Below, one piece after another: positions 50,599 through 60,217 of a stretch of DNA of 64,000 nucleotides; positions within the stretch are counted from its first letter, which is position 1, and each line of letters starts with the position of its first letter. A model generated the notes under the pieces. It made no database searches and was not told where the DNA came from. It was given only the letters and a program-made list of their open reading frames with translations. The DNA is from a virus (lineage: Duplodnaviria > Heunggongvirae > Uroviricota > Caudoviricetes): positions 265,798 through 329,797 of the IMG/VR virus record IMGVR_UViG_3300031992_004563. The stretch is one strand, 5' to 3'. The translations under genes and the position numbers were made by a program.

Positions 50599-51247
50599 TA
50601 TATAATGAATGGAGTTTTTCTAACCACCATTTAGTTTTTACTTTAACAGATGGACGTCTTTGACCTTTAAGTAAAGTACTGCGTTTAAATACCACACCTT
50701 CTTTGACTGTTGGGTATTTTGCATCTGCCTGTGTCCAATCATTTTCCTGTATATCTTTAATAATTTCAGCAGTTAGAGGGCCTTTATATATAAGTTCAGG
50801 TATTTCTATACCACAGCCATTAAATATTGTGTAATATTCTTCTGGTTCAATATATCCCTTTTTCTTAAGAAATACATCTGTAAGAGCTAATCTCATTTCA
50901 TCACCTTCAACATGCTTACCAGCAAATGAATTATCTCCATACCATTCAAACACAAATGTTAATTCATCTACACCATTAAAGACTTTTTTCTTTGCAGAAT
51001 TTTCTTTAATGAGTTTAGCCAAAATATCTTGATAATTTGAATTATAAAACCATTGAACAACTGGTCCAAACTGTTCACTGTTTTCATCTACAGTAACAGT
51101 ACGTGAACCACATGGGCCAAATGTTTTCTTGCGACAATTATATGCCACAACAAAATTTTGTCCATCTAATTTATTAAAACCCCAAACAATATCTCCTTTT
51201 AAAGAGCCATCATCTTGGATTCTCGGTATACTATCGTAATGTTTCAT
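50570..51247 (-). CDS. Minimal ATP-dependent ligase-family nucleotidyltransferase (motif I KLDG, III FVFEWYG, IV EGVVFK, V KVKTKWW); RNA ligase-like
   Basis: Covalent nucleotidyltransferase motifs occur in canonical order in a 225-aa protein. Confidence 0.5.
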   Translation of the reverse strand: MKHYDSIPRIQDDGSLKGDIVWGFNKLDGQNFVVAYNCRKKTFGPCGSRTVTVDENSEQFGPVVQWFYNSNYQDILAKLIKENSAKKKVFNGVDELTFVFEWYGDNSFAGKHVEGDEMRLALTDVFLKKKGYIEPEEYYTIFNGCGIEIPELIYKGPLTAEIIKDIQENDWTQADAKYPTVKEGVVFKRSTLLKGQRRPSVKVKTKWWLEKLHSLYSEEECKLLE

Positions 51248-51251
51248 AAAT

Positions 51252-51512
51252 TTATTCTCTTTCTTTTAAACAAGCTTCCAAATCTTTAATTATGGTTTCA
51301 TCGCTCAAAAGACAGGTTTCTTGCGTATATGGATAGTACTTATGTTTACCATCAAGAGATTCAACATAATACGGTTTACTTGGATCTTTTCCATTGTTAT
51401 ATCCATTAACTACTCGGCCTACTTTCAATGTTCCTTTTACATCAATAAGAACAATGTCGCCATCATTTAATACAACCGGATTCCATCCAGATAATGATAC
51501 AAATCGTTTCAT
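51252..51512 (-). CDS. Hypothetical protein
   Basis: 86-aa ORF. Confidence 0.4.
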   Translation of the reverse strand: MKRFVSLSGWNPVVLNDGDIVLIDVKGTLKVGRVVNGYNNGKDPSKPYYVESLDGKHKYYPYTQETCLLSDETIIKDLEACLKERE

Positions 51513-51513
51513 A

Positions 51514-51966
51514 TTAGCAATATGGTAAATTATAGTATTTGTTTAGTTTATAATTATACACATTTTCCTGTAAGTACGCCCAATATAAGCATTTTAAATG
51601 TGAAAGAATTTTTTCATCTTTAATATTATCTTCTAAATGCTTAAAATATTTTGAATTTAATTTTTCGATAAATGCATCTCTATAATATTGTCTAACATTT
51701 TTTGGAAGACAATTATAGTACATACCAGTTTCATGAATTATTTTAGAAAATATATTAACAAACCAATATTTAACAGATTGATCTTCTGTATGTAAAATAA
51801 TATCTTCACACACATCTACAATATATTGTCTTGCTGTATGTTTTCCTGTTAATGAATCAAAAAGTAAAGTAGCTTTATATTTTTCTGATTTGCCTATTAA
51901 ACCTCGTAATTGATTAAATAATGAGGATATAGTATTTTCATTATAATTTTTAAAGTTCTTTTTCAT
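51514..51966 (-). CDS. Hypothetical protein
   Basis: 150-aa ORF. Confidence 0.45.
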   Translation of the reverse strand: MKKNFKNYNENTISSLFNQLRGLIGKSEKYKATLLFDSLTGKHTARQYIVDVCEDIILHTEDQSVKYWFVNIFSKIIHETGMYYNCLPKNVRQYYRDAFIEKLNSKYFKHLEDNIKDEKILSHLKCLYWAYLQENVYNYKLNKYYNLPYC

Positions 51967-51968
51967 AA

Positions 51969-52457
51969 TTATGCTAAAATATTTTTAAGGCGAAAATAAC
52001 TTTCATTAAAAAGATTATCATATGCATCATAATATGGCTTAAATAAATCCATCGTCCTAGCCCATCTAAGTGAATCTTTTTGACGCTCTTTCTTTTCATA
52101 TTCTTCATAAGACATCTCAGGATGAAGTTTATTCCATTCCTCGATAAATTTATCATGAGAATCTTTATAATATACATATGAATCTTTAGGCTCAAAATAT
52201 GGTTTAGATATAGATTGAACAAAATCTCTAAATTGAGCAGTTATTTTATATACATCATAAAATATACCATTTTTATTAACAAACTGCTCATAAATATCTC
52301 CAAGTGTTATAGATTCTCTAATAACATTTTTACGCTCAATACCCATATCGCCTGTATGTTCAAATGCCCAGGTATCAAGATAATTTCTTACTACAAAATC
52401 TTTACCAAGTTTTTCAATAAGAGCATTAAACTCTTTAATTTGTTTGTTGTACGTCAT
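51969..52457 (-). CDS. Hypothetical protein
   Basis: 162-aa ORF. Confidence 0.45.
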   Translation of the reverse strand: MTYNKQIKEFNALIEKLGKDFVVRNYLDTWAFEHTGDMGIERKNVIRESITLGDIYEQFVNKNGIFYDVYKITAQFRDFVQSISKPYFEPKDSYVYYKDSHDKFIEEWNKLHPEMSYEEYEKKERQKDSLRWARTMDLFKPYYDAYDNLFNESYFRLKNILA

Positions 52458-53004
52458 AATAGTATAAACTGTTTGTATTAAATTGTCCTACCCGATTAAT
52501 TGAACTAAATGTTCCTTCCCAATCTTGCAAAGGAATATTATGTTGAAACAAATCATTAATATGATTCATAAAATAGATTTCATATTCACAAATTTCATGA
52601 TCCAACATAATATCATTTATGCATTGAGTATTTAAATATTGATGTGCTTCTTCTAAATTAGAAATAAACATACCAGTAAAAAATCCATGAAGATGATGAG
52701 TTTGTGCAAATGCAGACGCCCAACACCAAACACCAATAATATTTTGAGCATGAATTAAATGTACATTATTTTCATGTATAATATATTGGCCAGAATCCAA
52801 ATTAGGATGAAGCAAACCATAAGATGTTCCATGACCACAAATAATTAATGTGTCATCTTCAGTTATTAATGCTTCTTCTACTGCATCTTCATAATTCTCA
52901 TCATCATGACAAATTACAATTAACCGGTCAATATGCAATCCTTGCCACATTGCCTGTAGCAAGCCAGTATCCCGATCACCACTATTTGCATATATTACTG
53001 TCAT
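52435..53004 (-). CDS. Hypothetical protein
   Basis: 189-aa ORF. Confidence 0.45.
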   Translation of the reverse strand: MTVIYANSGDRDTGLLQAMWQGLHIDRLIVICHDDENYEDAVEEALITEDDTLIICGHGTSYGLLHPNLDSGQYIIHENNVHLIHAQNIIGVWCWASAFAQTHHLHGFFTGMFISNLEEAHQYLNTQCINDIMLDHEICEYEIYFMNHINDLFQHNIPLQDWEGTFSSINRVGQFNTNSLYYYDVQQTN

Positions 53005-53010
53005 ATCTTA

Positions 53011-53427
53011 TTATTTTATTAAATATTTCTTATATGTTTCAAAAATAGATAAAATGTTATCTCTTCCAGGAGGATTGCTTGAATGGCATTCATAATATGG
53101 AAATTCAAATCCATAATCTTCTATAATATCACATATTTCTACTGCAACATTATATCCTGTTTTTTCATCATCACTTATGTATGAGCCTAAATCATGGTCA
53201 AGACAAAAACAATTAACATATTCATTTGGATCTTCTTTTATCCATTTATTGCTCCAATCTACCCATGCATCATATGATTTACACCATACGATTTCAACAT
53301 CATGCCCATCAACCAAAGATAAAAATTCCTTTGGAACAACTTTATTCCAATAAGTAAATAAACTCATTGGATCACGTTGATCATCAATCCAAATTACTCT
53401 GTACTTTGTCTGCTTCATTATTGTCAA
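53011..53427 (-). CDS. Hypothetical protein
   Basis: 138-aa ORF. Confidence 0.45.
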   Translation of the reverse strand: MTIMKQTKYRVIWIDDQRDPMSLFTYWNKVVPKEFLSLVDGHDVEIVWCKSYDAWVDWSNKWIKEDPNEYVNCFCLDHDLGSYISDDEKTGYNVAVEICDIIEDYGFEFPYYECHSSNPPGRDNILSIFETYKKYLIK

Positions 53428-54046
53428 ATATTTTTAAATTCATAAGTTTTTTAACTAATTCATCTGGAATATCTTGAAAATCAATCCAGTCCCATTTAGC
53501 TATCATAAATGAAACCCCATTTTCTCGAGGAGTATCATATGCATCAAATATTCCATTCCAAACTTTGCTACGTTGTCTCCATTGTCTCCATGTTAAATTT
53601 GGATCAGGATCGCCTTGGTCACCATACCAATACTCATCAACAATGGTCATCAATAAATCTATATTTTCATCTTTTCCATAACCAAATTCTGGACCAAAAT
53701 AATTTCCATATAAATTTCCATGATATGGATAAATCATTACTTCAAACGGATAATCAAGTTCTCCTCTTAATCTAGCTTTTTCTGTATCATCACCAATTCT
53801 ATGAAGATCCCTAACAATTTCAAGTTTAACTGCTAGTAAATTCATTTCAGTTGGATCATTTTTATATTTTATAATATCTTTTTTAAGATAATCACTCATC
53901 TTAGAAGCCAACCCATAAAAATTTTTATTAAGCAATGAATTTGCCATATTTTTCAATGCTTGTTTTCTAATAGACTTTAATTGGTCTAAAGCTTTTTCAA
54001 TACTTTTTGTACGAAACTTAATTCCTGTGTATACAGTAAAACTCAT
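53384..54046 (-). CDS. Hypothetical protein
   Basis: 220-aa ORF with a promoter motif copy at 54073-54114. Confidence 0.45.
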   Translation of the reverse strand: MSFTVYTGIKFRTKSIEKALDQLKSIRKQALKNMANSLLNKNFYGLASKMSDYLKKDIIKYKNDPTEMNLLAVKLEIVRDLHRIGDDTEKARLRGELDYPFEVMIYPYHGNLYGNYFGPEFGYGKDENIDLLMTIVDEYWYGDQGDPDPNLTWRQWRQRSKVWNGIFDAYDTPRENGVSFMIAKWDWIDFQDIPDELVKKLMNLKIFDNNEADKVQSNLD

Positions 54047-54072
54047 ATAATTAACATTTTTAAATTTTATGA

Positions 54073-54114
54073 TGCAAAATTAATATATTTCTATTAAATT
54101 AAAAAATAGAAGAT
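54073..54114 (-). promoter_or_regulatory. Conserved promoter motif copy
   Basis: GCAAAATTAATA…AAAAAATAGAAG upstream of the ATG at 54046. Confidence 0.5.
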
Positions 54115-54189
54115 TCCAATTATTATATAAAAACATAGAAGGTTGTTTCACAACAACCCTCTATTTAAAATCTTCTAATATTAACAAAT

Positions 54190-55359
54190 TTAATATGATT
54201 CAATATTAAGATCATGGAAACATTGTGCAATTTCCGTTTGATCACCCATTACTTTGCCAGCATCGTCACTTACTTTAATACAATTAACCATTGGGCTATT
54301 TGCATTCATTCGACACATTGTAAGTTTCATTACAATATTCTGACTTGGCGTATTGGTATCACATGTAAGATTAGTTCCAATACCGGCAGAACATTTAATT
54401 TTGCCTTTGCAATAATCAGCAATTGCTTTAAATTTTGGGAATGTTAATGCATTAGAGAATACAATTGTTTTGTCCTTTGGATCAATTCCCTTAGATTTAT
54501 AAGCTTCAATTGCCATTTGGGTGAATTCATACTCATCACCTGAGTCATGACGAACACCATCAAACAATTTTGCATGCTTCAAACTAAATGTATCGAAGAA
54601 TGCTTTACTTCCATAAGTATCTGTCAATGCAATACCAAGAGCACCATCATAAACAGATACCCAATCCTCATAGGCTTTATAGTTTGCATTGCGATAACCA
54701 AACTGTGCGCCATGGAACATTACCCACTCATGAGCAACAGTGCCAATAGGCTTCATATCATACTTCATTGCAAGGTGTACATTGGATGTTCCTACACAAT
54801 AAAGTGCATTTTCTTTAAGACGTTTTACAACGGCATCCTGAACGGCATAACTGAAACGACGACGAGTACCAAACTCACTAAATACCAATCCATGCTCATT
54901 GGACAATGCAATTTTCTTATCGAGACGAGAAAGTACATCAGCCATATTAACGATATGAACACTATTAGAAATTTCAGATACAATTGCAAGACATGCAATC
55001 TCCCAAAGTGTTAAACTATAAAGTTTATCAGCTGCAGTAATATGCAAAATTTGACTATCATCAAGCCATGCAGTTACTTTAGTTGAATCAAATCTAAATC
55101 CACGAAGCCATTCCCAATAGAATTGAGGAATATATGTAATATGATTTTTACACCAATAAAACTCTTCGTCAGTAAGACTTAAATTTTCAAGTTCTTTAAT
55201 ACTTTTGATAATTCTATCCAATTCACCACGAGTTCGTTTAACTCGATTTCGGTCAAAAAACTCAAATACACCTTCAGCTTCAGGATAAAGCTTCATGTAT
55301 GCATAACTCATACTAAGTTTGTACAAGTCAGTGTCCAAAATACTTTTAATTACTCCCAT
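54190..55359 (-). CDS. pncB: Nicotinate phosphoribosyltransferase
   Basis: Aligns with E. coli PncB at ILDTDLYKLSM, FSEFGTRRRFSYAVQDAVVKRL, IGTVAHEW, GIALTDTYGS and VRHDSGDEYEF. Confidence 0.85.
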   Translation of the reverse strand: MGVIKSILDTDLYKLSMSYAYMKLYPEAEGVFEFFDRNRVKRTRGELDRIIKSIKELENLSLTDEEFYWCKNHITYIPQFYWEWLRGFRFDSTKVTAWLDDSQILHITAADKLYSLTLWEIACLAIVSEISNSVHIVNMADVLSRLDKKIALSNEHGLVFSEFGTRRRFSYAVQDAVVKRLKENALYCVGTSNVHLAMKYDMKPIGTVAHEWVMFHGAQFGYRNANYKAYEDWVSVYDGALGIALTDTYGSKAFFDTFSLKHAKLFDGVRHDSGDEYEFTQMAIEAYKSKGIDPKDKTIVFSNALTFPKFKAIADYCKGKIKCSAGIGTNLTCDTNTPSQNIVMKLTMCRMNANSPMVNCIKVSDDAGKVMGDQTEIAQCFHDLNIESY

Positions 55360-55362
55360 ATC

Positions 55363-56835
55363 TTATTTTAAATTAAAATGTTGTTCAATATATTCATATA
55401 ATGCTTCTGGAGTGTTTTCAATAATGTTATCCAAAAGAGCATCTTTCATCATTTTTTTAATTTCACCAATTTGTTTACCTGGTTCAAGATGGTATTTCTC
55501 CATAAGATCATTGCCAGTTACGCATGGTTGGAACATACGAACATAATCCTTATGAGCAATATCTTCAATACGTTCCATTAATTCATTATATCTAAATTGG
55601 AAGTTTTGTTTCTTGTTTTCGTTCTTTGTCGTAATATCAGAATTAGCAAGAATCATCAATTCCTTGATATAACCATTTGCATCATTAACCAAACGACGAA
55701 CACCTGCATCGGTTACTTCATCTCCACAAATTGCTTGAGGACGCATATGAAGTTGAACCATAAGAGCAGTAAATTTCATATTTTCATCCTGAGGCATTTT
55801 TAACCGTTTAAATATAGATTCCACCATCTTTGCACCTACATATTCATGATTGTCAAAAGAATAACCATTGTGGGCATCATAATGACGTGTAGGTATTTTA
55901 CCTATGTCATGTAATAGTGCGGCAATACGAAGATATACATTCTCAGTTTGTAAACAAACACTTCGTAAAACATCTAATGTATGCCAATAGATATTTTTAT
56001 GTTTATCTGTATATCGAGGACCACACTTACCAGTAGTATCAAGTGCATCCACTTCAGGCAAAAACTTTTTAAGTAATCCAGTATTCTTTAAAATCTCAAT
56101 GCCATCAGCTGCATAATCTGAACTCATAATTTTTAAGAATTCTGTCATAATACGTTCAGCTGAAATAATATCCAAACGATCCAAATTTTTTACAATTGCA
56201 TTATATGTAGTTTGTTCAATGCCAAAACCAAGTTTACATGCAAAACGAACTGCACGTAACATACGCAATGGGTCATCAGAAAAAGTAATATCTGGATTAG
56301 TAGGAGTTTTAATAGTACCAGTTTTCAAATCTTCAATACCACCAAATGGATCAACCAATTCTCCAAAATGATCACTATTAAGGCAAATAGCCATTGCATT
56401 AATTGTAAAGTCACGACGAAGTTGGTCATCTTGAAGAGTGCCTTCCTCAACAATAGGTTTACGACTACCACGCTCATAAGATTCCTTACGTGCTCCGACA
56501 TATTCTACTTCAAAATCACCAAATCGAACCTGTGCAGTTCCAAAGTTTTCAAAAATAGACAATTTAATATTTTTGAAATTAGTTTGTGTTTTAAGATATT
56601 GCTCAAAATGACGAGCCATTACTTGCCCTTTTCCAACTACAACGACATCAATATCGTCATTAGGTCTGCCAAGAAGCAAATCACGAACATAACCACCAAC
56701 AACATAACAAGGATATTGAAGGTGATCAGCCACATATTTGATATTGCATAAAACTCCAAAAACTTCTTTATTTCGTTTTTGAATTTCTTTTAAAATACTT
56801 TCTTTGTCTAATTGTTTTAACATATATTTTTTCAA
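55363..56835 (-). CDS. cca: tRNA nucleotidyltransferase (CCA-adding enzyme, class II head domain plus HD domain)
   Basis: GGYVRDLLLGRPNDDIDVVVVG, RRDFTINAM and HD motif HTLDV…LLHDIGK. Confidence 0.8.
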   Translation of the reverse strand: MKKYMLKQLDKESILKEIQKRNKEVFGVLCNIKYVADHLQYPCYVVGGYVRDLLLGRPNDDIDVVVVGKGQVMARHFEQYLKTQTNFKNIKLSIFENFGTAQVRFGDFEVEYVGARKESYERGSRKPIVEEGTLQDDQLRRDFTINAMAICLNSDHFGELVDPFGGIEDLKTGTIKTPTNPDITFSDDPLRMLRAVRFACKLGFGIEQTTYNAIVKNLDRLDIISAERIMTEFLKIMSSDYAADGIEILKNTGLLKKFLPEVDALDTTGKCGPRYTDKHKNIYWHTLDVLRSVCLQTENVYLRIAALLHDIGKIPTRHYDAHNGYSFDNHEYVGAKMVESIFKRLKMPQDENMKFTALMVQLHMRPQAICGDEVTDAGVRRLVNDANGYIKELMILANSDITTKNENKKQNFQFRYNELMERIEDIAHKDYVRMFQPCVTGNDLMEKYHLEPGKQIGEIKKMMKDALLDNIIENTPEALYEYIEQHFNLK

Positions 56836-56843
56836 TTTGATGT

Positions 56844-56884
56844 TGCAAAATTAATATATTTCTATTAAATTAAAAAATAGAAGC
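56844..56884 (-). promoter_or_regulatory. Conserved promoter motif copy upstream of cca
   Basis: TTGCAAAATTAATA…AAAAAATAGAAG. The -7 box lies about 12 nt from the ATG at 56835. Confidence 0.5.
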
Positions 56885-56928
56885 TAATTATTTTAGCTCC
56901 TATTCATTATTTTGTTTCACATTATGTA

Positions 56929-57576
56929 TTAGATTACATTAATTTGACAAGATCTCATTACTTCAAGTGCAGCCTCATGTTTTTCAGGAGTAACACCTGC
57001 ACAGCATTTACTATCTACTGTAATCTCCGCAAAATCATATGTAAATGCTTTAAGAATAAGTGCATTAGATACTACACAAATATCTGTACAGAATCCACAC
57101 ATTTCAATCTCCATAGGAATAGGCTCATTTTGATGGTCTTTTTCCAAATTCATAATACACTCAGGCAGAGACACATGATTCTCGAAAAATTCTTTCCATT
57201 GGCCAACAAGTTTCTCCTTAATGCGTCCACCCTCTACAGAGCCAAAAGTAAACTTAGGAATAAACTTGATTTCCAATCCTTGTTTTGCTTTTTCCATTGC
57301 AGCATCTTCAATTTGACTAGTTACTCGCCAACCACATTGAATTTCATATCCTTGATCACATATACAATGCTCTACTGGAAGCTTCTTGCCCTCACGGGTT
57401 TCAAGATAATTATTAAAATGGGTATCCATTGTCAAGAAAATAGCATCACCATCAAATGTCAAAATCTTGTCTACAATATTAGGCACTGCTTTCTGCGCCT
57501 CTGTATTTTCTAATGTTCCATAGATGAAGTCATTCTGAGCATCAACTACAACCAAAACTTTAATCTTGTCTTTCAT
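56929..57576 (-). CDS. pncA: Isochorismatase-family hydrolase, probable nicotinamidase
   Basis: VLVVVDAQNDF and GFCTDICVVSNA match the PncA/isochorismatase fold. First gene of an operon with cca and pncB. Confidence 0.65.
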   Translation of the reverse strand: MKDKIKVLVVVDAQNDFIYGTLENTEAQKAVPNIVDKILTFDGDAIFLTMDTHFNNYLETREGKKLPVEHCICDQGYEIQCGWRVTSQIEDAAMEKAKQGLEIKFIPKFTFGSVEGGRIKEKLVGQWKEFFENHVSLPECIMNLEKDHQNEPIPMEIEMCGFCTDICVVSNALILKAFTYDFAEITVDSKCCAGVTPEKHEAALEVMRSCQINVI

Positions 57577-57578
57577 AA

Positions 57579-58391
57579 TTAAATTAATGTTTTTGCTTTT
57601 TCTAACAAATCTTTAAAACAATTCATAAACTCCTCTGCCATTTCTTGTGTCGGGAATGATAGCATTGTTATCCAACCATTATAGCATTTGTTAACTGTGA
57701 ATCCTTCAGACACTGTAGAAACAATACAATATTTAGGATTTTTATGTGATGTTTCTTTACTCCAATCTGGACGCCAATTGTCAATCCATGCTCTACGCAA
57801 TCTAATTAATCGACCATATGCAATAAATGCATCTGCATCATCCTCGTCAAAGCCATGCGCAAAATGAGGATAATAATGCATATGTTTTTCAAATGGATAA
57901 AAATTATCACAGTAATCTTCCCATGTTTGAGGAACTTTAGGTTTAGGATTTAATTCCTCTTCATCAAAAACTTGAAGAGCAAATTCTTTTGCCTGACCAC
58001 CAGCTTTATACATTTTTTGAGCTTCCTTAAGAGTAAGCCTAATGCATCTTTCTACTATATCAGTGTCACCATATCGATTTTTTACTACATTATCGTCAAC
58101 TATAATTTTAGATGCAATGCGTTTAAGTTGTTCTGCTGACTTAGAATCAATATCTTTAAATGGACTTTGATCAAATTCCAAAATCACTTTTGGCCAATGT
58201 CCATTGCGTTTTGTATTTGTGTTTTTCTCACATTTTTGAATTTCATATGAGTAATAAAATCCTATAGCGCTGCCAACATCAACTCCATACACACGACGCT
58301 CACCATTTGAACATGAACTATCAATTACTCCAATTTTTCCAGTTTTATTAACTTTAACCCTGTCGCCAATTTGAAATTTTTTTTGTGCCAT
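57579..58391 (-). CDS. Hypothetical protein
   Basis: 270-aa ORF with a promoter motif copy at 58411-58459. Confidence 0.5.
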   Translation of the reverse strand: MAQKKFQIGDRVKVNKTGKIGVIDSSCSNGERRVYGVDVGSAIGFYYSYEIQKCEKNTNTKRNGHWPKVILEFDQSPFKDIDSKSAEQLKRIASKIIVDDNVVKNRYGDTDIVERCIRLTLKEAQKMYKAGGQAKEFALQVFDEEELNPKPKVPQTWEDYCDNFYPFEKHMHYYPHFAHGFDEDDADAFIAYGRLIRLRRAWIDNWRPDWSKETSHKNPKYCIVSTVSEGFTVNKCYNGWITMLSFPTQEMAEEFMNCFKDLLEKAKTLI

Positions 58392-58410
58392 AATATATTC
58401 ATTTTAAAAT

Positions 58411-58459
58411 TTAACGATACAAAATTATTCTATTTCTATTAAAATAAAAAATAGAAGTT
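58411..58459 (-). promoter_or_regulatory. Conserved promoter motif copy
   Basis: TTAACGATACAAAATTA…AAAAAATAGAAGTT lies 29 nt upstream of the ATG at 58391. Confidence 0.5.
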
Positions 58460-58499
58460 AATTATTATAACCTCTATTTAATATTTGTTTTAATTTTAA

Positions 58500-58916
58500 T
58501 TACCAATTATCAGTAATATCTTTAGTTTCTTTACATTCATTGCATTTAATACTTACACTGTGTCCTAACCCACCAGGTGTAATTTCATATGTAAATTGTT
58601 GTCCCATTGCAGAGAAAAATGTTTTGCCTTGTTCAGCAAATTCTTCTTTATGACGATGTGCATTTTTAAATTCCATTGCTGCTTTAGTTTCATTATCAGT
58701 CAATTCAAAAACTACATTGTTTTTTCCATTTTGATAACATGGTTCTAAATCAACATTTTTTCCAGTATTTGGATGTCCGCATATTGGGCATTTCCATGCA
58801 TATTCATCATTTGCAACCTTTGGCATTCCAAATTGAGCTTCTGACTCACGTAAATCTTCAATACTTGCAACAAAATCTCCATTACAATGTTCACAATGAC
58901 ATTTGTAATATGTCAT
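58500..58916 (-). CDS. Zinc-ribbon hypothetical protein (CxxC…CxxC)
   Basis: 138-aa ORF with the pairs CHCEHC and CPICGH. Confidence 0.45.
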   Translation of the reverse strand: MTYYKCHCEHCNGDFVASIEDLRESEAQFGMPKVANDEYAWKCPICGHPNTGKNVDLEPCYQNGKNNVVFELTDNETKAAMEFKNAHRHKEEFAEQGKTFFSAMGQQFTYEITPGGLGHSVSIKCNECKETKDITDNW

Positions 58917-58976
58917 ATAATATTCCTTTTCTGCCTATTCTAATGTTCTAATCATATATAATTATTTAATTTTTAT

Positions 58977-59768
58977 TTAATCCCACCAGCCTTCAATACC
59001 AGCACCATCATTAATTTCGTCCCATATTTTTCTTTTTAATTCTGTTAATTCTTCTTCTGGTAATGTTTGTGGGCCAGATGTTAATTCTTTAATACGTTTT
59101 TTATATTCTTTTTCTTTTTCTTCATAATCTTTGCCAATAATTAAATCAAATATCTTTTTATAATGAAGTTTACGTTCTTTTGCCAATTCTGTGTAGAATT
59201 CTTTACTTTTTTGCTTATGTTCTTTTGATTCATCACCATGCATACAAGTAGAACCATCAGCATAAAGAGTTACTTTACCAGACGCTATTAAATCATAACC
59301 TAAACGTTCTCTAAGTTCTTCTTCATAATCACGATCAATTTCAGCAATAAGTGCTTTCATCGCAGAAATACATTTATTACGTTCTGTTTCTTCTGTATTA
59401 CCATAATAATCCAAAGCATTTGCCAATTGTACAATACCAAATTTAAATAAATCAATTTGATAATGATAATCAAATGAACGCCAAGTTTTAAGAACTGGCT
59501 GAAATCTTTTCAAATTGCTAAAATACCATTTAGTATTATACCACCAATCTCTTAATCGATAATATACGCTATATTTCCAAAAATCTTTAAATTTTTTTGA
59601 AAACTTTTTATTTTCTTCATCCCATTTCTTTTCTTGCCAATCCCAATATTCACGTGGGTTATTCCATTCTTGAACAACCTCTTTGCTTTTTATAGGATCT
59701 GGTTTTTCAATTTTATCCAAACCCATTCGTTTAATAGCTTTTTCGCTTAATGCATGACTTACTGGCAT
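58977..59768 (-). CDS. Hypothetical protein (Lys/Glu-rich, Trp-rich)
   Basis: 263-aa ORF. Confidence 0.45.
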   Translation of the reverse strand: MPVSHALSEKAIKRMGLDKIEKPDPIKSKEVVQEWNNPREYWDWQEKKWDEENKKFSKKFKDFWKYSVYYRLRDWWYNTKWYFSNLKRFQPVLKTWRSFDYHYQIDLFKFGIVQLANALDYYGNTEETERNKCISAMKALIAEIDRDYEEELRERLGYDLIASGKVTLYADGSTCMHGDESKEHKQKSKEFYTELAKERKLHYKKIFDLIIGKDYEEKEKEYKKRIKELTSGPQTLPEEELTELKRKIWDEINDGAGIEGWWD

Positions 59769-59788
59769 AATATTAAAAATTAGTTTAT

Positions 59789-60217
59789 TTATAATAGGCT
59801 TAAATGACCTGTTAGTTTATTTAATGATTCACTTTCCCATGGGCCAATTCCTAAACATGTATTTGTTGGAATACCATGAAATTCAGTTAAACCTGCATCT
59901 GTTATTAATGCATGAGGAATATCTAGTTCTTCACATTTTTTATTTAATTCTAAAAGTTGTTCTTCATTATCAATACCTACAACAATTTTAGTAAATATTC
60001 CATTTAACCAATTATCCAATATACAATCATCACCAAATTCAACTTCATATCTTGTTGTAAATTGATTGTTAGGATATTCACATTTTATTTTACTAAAAAA
60101 TTTTAAAAGTGAACCCAAACTTGCGTGACAACATTGTGCAGCAAATTTGCCTTTTCTAATTCCATGTTCACCTTTTAAAAGGTCTTTTCTAAATACTATT
60201 ACTTGTTTTGTTTCCAT
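59789..60217 (-). CDS. Peptidyl-tRNA hydrolase, PTH2 family
   Basis: VIVFRKDLLKGEHGIRKGKFAAQCCHAS, …ITDAGLTEF…CLGIGP and C-terminal TGHLSLL align with PTH2. Confidence 0.75.
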   Translation of the reverse strand: METKQVIVFRKDLLKGEHGIRKGKFAAQCCHASLGSLLKFFSKIKCEYPNNQFTTRYEVEFGDDCILDNWLNGIFTKIVVGIDNEEQLLELNKKCEELDIPHALITDAGLTEFHGIPTNTCLGIGPWESESLNKLTGHLSLL

